Source: a virus (taxonomy: Duplodnaviria > Caudoviricetes). Taken from it: a stretch of DNA of 25,606 nucleotides. Where the stretch lies: IMG/VR virus record IMGVR_UViG_3300005804_000114, positions 1 to 25,606 of that record, one strand, 5' to 3'. Position numbers and translations under genes: made by a program. Below the pieces are notes generated by a model. The model did not search any database and was not told the origin of the DNA. It worked only from the letters and a program-made list of their open reading frames with translations. This document shows positions 23,673 to 25,606 of the stretch, one piece after another (the first letter of the stretch is position 1; each line of letters opens with the position of its first letter).

Positions 23673-23999
23673 ATGTCAAAACAAGAGGAATTCCAGAAAG
23701 AACGCTTAAGATGGGATGAATTATTTGCCAAAACAGACGACCAAACACAAAAGGCAGCCGATGGCTTAATCCAAAAAGCGGCCTTTTTAAATTCTATGTG
23801 TTGGGAACTAGAACAAGTAATTGAGACATCTGGAGCGATAAAAGTGCATCCACAGCATCCGGAATTACAAAAACAGATTCCCGCCGTCAAGGAATATGCA
23901 CGATTATCAGAAAGCTATGCAAACATCGTTAATAAACTAAACGTTCTCAGGTTAAAAACAACCGTTGAAGACGATGATGAACTGGGGGAATTTGAATGA
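23673..23999 (+). CDS. Probable terminase small subunit (P27-like)
   Basis: SD GGAGG; helical protein with QIPAVKEY and acidic C-terminus; ATGA-coupled to TerL. Confidence 0.7.
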   Translation: MSKQEEFQKERLRWDELFAKTDDQTQKAADGLIQKAAFLNSMCWELEQVIETSGAIKVHPQHPELQKQIPAVKEYARLSESYANIVNKLNVLRLKTTVEDDDELGEFE

Positions 24000-25606
24000 T
24001 TACCGAATATAACGGAATTCATTCCTGGTTGCTTGAATATATCGACAAGTGCAAATCAGGAGAAATAATAATCGGCCATGAGCTTATGCAAATGCTCGAT
24101 ATCCTACTGACTCATTTTGATAATCCGGAAATAACAATTGATTTTACTGGAGCTCATAAACGAATTAAGTTTATCGAAACCCAGTGTAGGCATTCTGAGG
24201 CTCCCTTTGCCGGCAAGCCTTTTATCTTGATGCTCTGGCAAAAAGCCCTAATAGAAGCAATATATATATTCACTATCCACGATGACGAAGTTGGGAGAAA
24301 AGTAAGACTTTATCAGGAAGTTCTTCTTGAAATCGGAAGGAAGAATGGGAAAACACCAACTATATCCGCTGACTGCCTATCCGAATTCTTTTGTGGGCAG
24401 ATTGGAACAAAGATCCTTTGCTCATCAAATGACTACGAGCAAGCCGACTTGATGTTTCAGGCCATTGATGCAATGCGAGAACAAAGTCCATCTCTTAGCA
24501 AAGTTACCCGCAAGAACATCAAAGGGATATACTTCGGTAATCCTAAAAAACAAAAACACAAAGGAAAATTCAGCTATCAAAATAAGGGAAGCATAAGAAA
24601 GATTTCCGCAAAAACAGGAGCTAAGGAAGGTAAAAATATTGCGGTAGGAGCGGTCGATGAAGTCCATGAACTTAAAGATGATAGTTCAATCATGCCGATC
24701 AGGCAGGCCCTTTCGACACAGGACGAACCGCTTTATTTTGAACTTACCACTGATGGCTTTGTAAACGATGGGTATTTGGATACCCGCCTAAACGAAGCCA
24801 AAAAAGTTTTAAATGGCGAACTCGACCGGCCAAGATGGTTAATATGGCTTTACACCCAGGATAGCGAAGCGGAAGTTTGGCAGGATGAAAAATCATGGGT
24901 TAAAAGTAACCCTGGTCTTGGAACAATCAAAAAATGGTCTTTCCTTCGGGGAATGGTCGAAGAAGCCAAGACAAATATGGCAACCAGGGCCTTTGTCCTA
25001 GCAAAAGATTTTAATATCAAACAAAATACATCAACTGCCTGGCTGCCGCCTGAAATCTATACCAATGAATCAACTCTTGATCAAGAAATACTTCGGGGAT
25101 GCGCCGGGATCGGCTCAGTTGACCTGGCTGAAACAACTGACCTTTTATCTGCAAGGATGACCGTAATGCGACCGGGGGACACAACAAAATATATGCTCCA
25201 AAAATACTTTATTCCAGAAACAAAACTTGATAAAACACCGGACGATGTAGATTATCTTGATTGGGCAAAACACGATTTAATTAAAATATGCCCGGGAAAT
25301 GATAACGACTTTAGTTTTATCACCGAATGGTTTGTTTATATCGTAAAGCAATTGGGAATCAGACCATACAAAATTGGCTATGACAATGCTTTGGCAAAAT
25401 ACTGGGTAAAAGACATGGAAGATACCGGCTTTGACATGGAACGAATACCGCAGAAGCGGGAAGTAATGTCTACCCCAATGAAACTTTTAGAAGCAGACTT
25501 AAGAAGCAAGCTAATAAACTACAACAATAACCCAATAGATAAATGGTGCCTAAAAAACACATCATTTGAAATCGATAAACTAGGCCAGATCATGCCGGTT
25601 AAAGTT
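23996..25606 (+). CDS. terL: Terminase large subunit (Terminase_1 type), runs off the window end
   Basis: LMLWQK, Walker A GRKNGKT, Walker B AVDEVHE, WVKSNPGLG and nuclease VDLAETTDL motifs. Confidence 0.93.
   Translation, partial: MITEYNGIHSWLLEYIDKCKSGEIIIGHELMQMLDILLTHFDNPEITIDFTGAHKRIKFIETQCRHSEAPFAGKPFILMLWQKALIEAIYIFTIHDDEVGRKVRLYQEVLLEIGRKNGKTPTISADCLSEFFCGQIGTKILCSSNDYEQADLMFQAIDAMREQSPSLSKVTRKNIKGIYFGNPKKQKHKGKFSYQNKGSIRKISAKTGAKEGKNIAVGAVDEVHELKDDSSIMPIRQALSTQDEPLYFELTTDGFVNDGYLDTRLNEAKKVLNGELDRPRWLIWLYTQDSEAEVWQDEKSWVKSNPGLGTIKKWSFLRGMVEEAKTNMATRAFVLAKDFNIKQNTSTAWLPPEIYTNESTLDQEILRGCAGIGSVDLAETTDLLSARMTVMRPGDTTKYMLQKYFIPETKLDKTPDDVDYLDWAKHDLIKICPGNDNDFSFITEWFVYIVKQLGIRPYKIGYDNALAKYWVKDMEDTGFDMERIPQKREVMSTPMKLLEADLRSKLINYNNNPIDKWCLKNTSFEIDKLGQIMPVKV

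Noticed and set aside
271-24667. Numerous short antisense or shadow ORFs in the ORF track (for example 271-486, 5552-5980, 15872-16213, 23591-23890)
   Set aside because: They overlap well-supported genes, lack SD signals and have no recognisable motifs.
1-25606. Genome-wide TAG reassignment
   Set aside because: Several clear genes end at TAG with the next SD or intergenic region immediately after (repressor 1171, HNHc 8828, YopX 9788, HNH 23566).
1-25606. tRNA, rRNA, DGR or retron RT genes
   Set aside because: No cloverleaf, rRNA sequence, RT motif or TR/VR pair was recognised.

Overview
The window is the left arm of a temperate tailed phage or prophage, inferred from gene families and Shine-Dalgarno style to have a Bacillota/Clostridia-type host. 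Gene order: tyrosine integrase and LexA/CI-like repressor on the minus strand; divergent Cro; excisionase; ORF6N antirepressor; recombination module; replication initiator with iterons; DnaB helicase; a putative DNA-modification cluster (radical SAM, PAPS-reductase family, C5 methyltransferase); RusA; many small accessory genes; a RinA-like late activator; an orphan hicB; and the start of the packaging module (TerS-like, HNH, second TerS-like, and TerL running off the window). The most unusual features are four. (1) A C5 methyltransferase is spread over three reading frames: motif I is broken by a 5-nt stop-containing insert, and a fully nested 302-aa overprinted frame carries five PTP repeat modules, motif IX and a clamp-binding-like motif. 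(2) A ~295-nt multi-branched RNA-like element, closed by a 27-bp stem, lies directly upstream of the antirepressor. (3) A 512-bp cassette with perfect 52-bp inverted ends sits between two copies of the excisionase 5' end. (4) hicA appears reduced to a 3-codon stub upstream of an intact hicB. All family assignments come from motif recognition by eye; no database searches were run.
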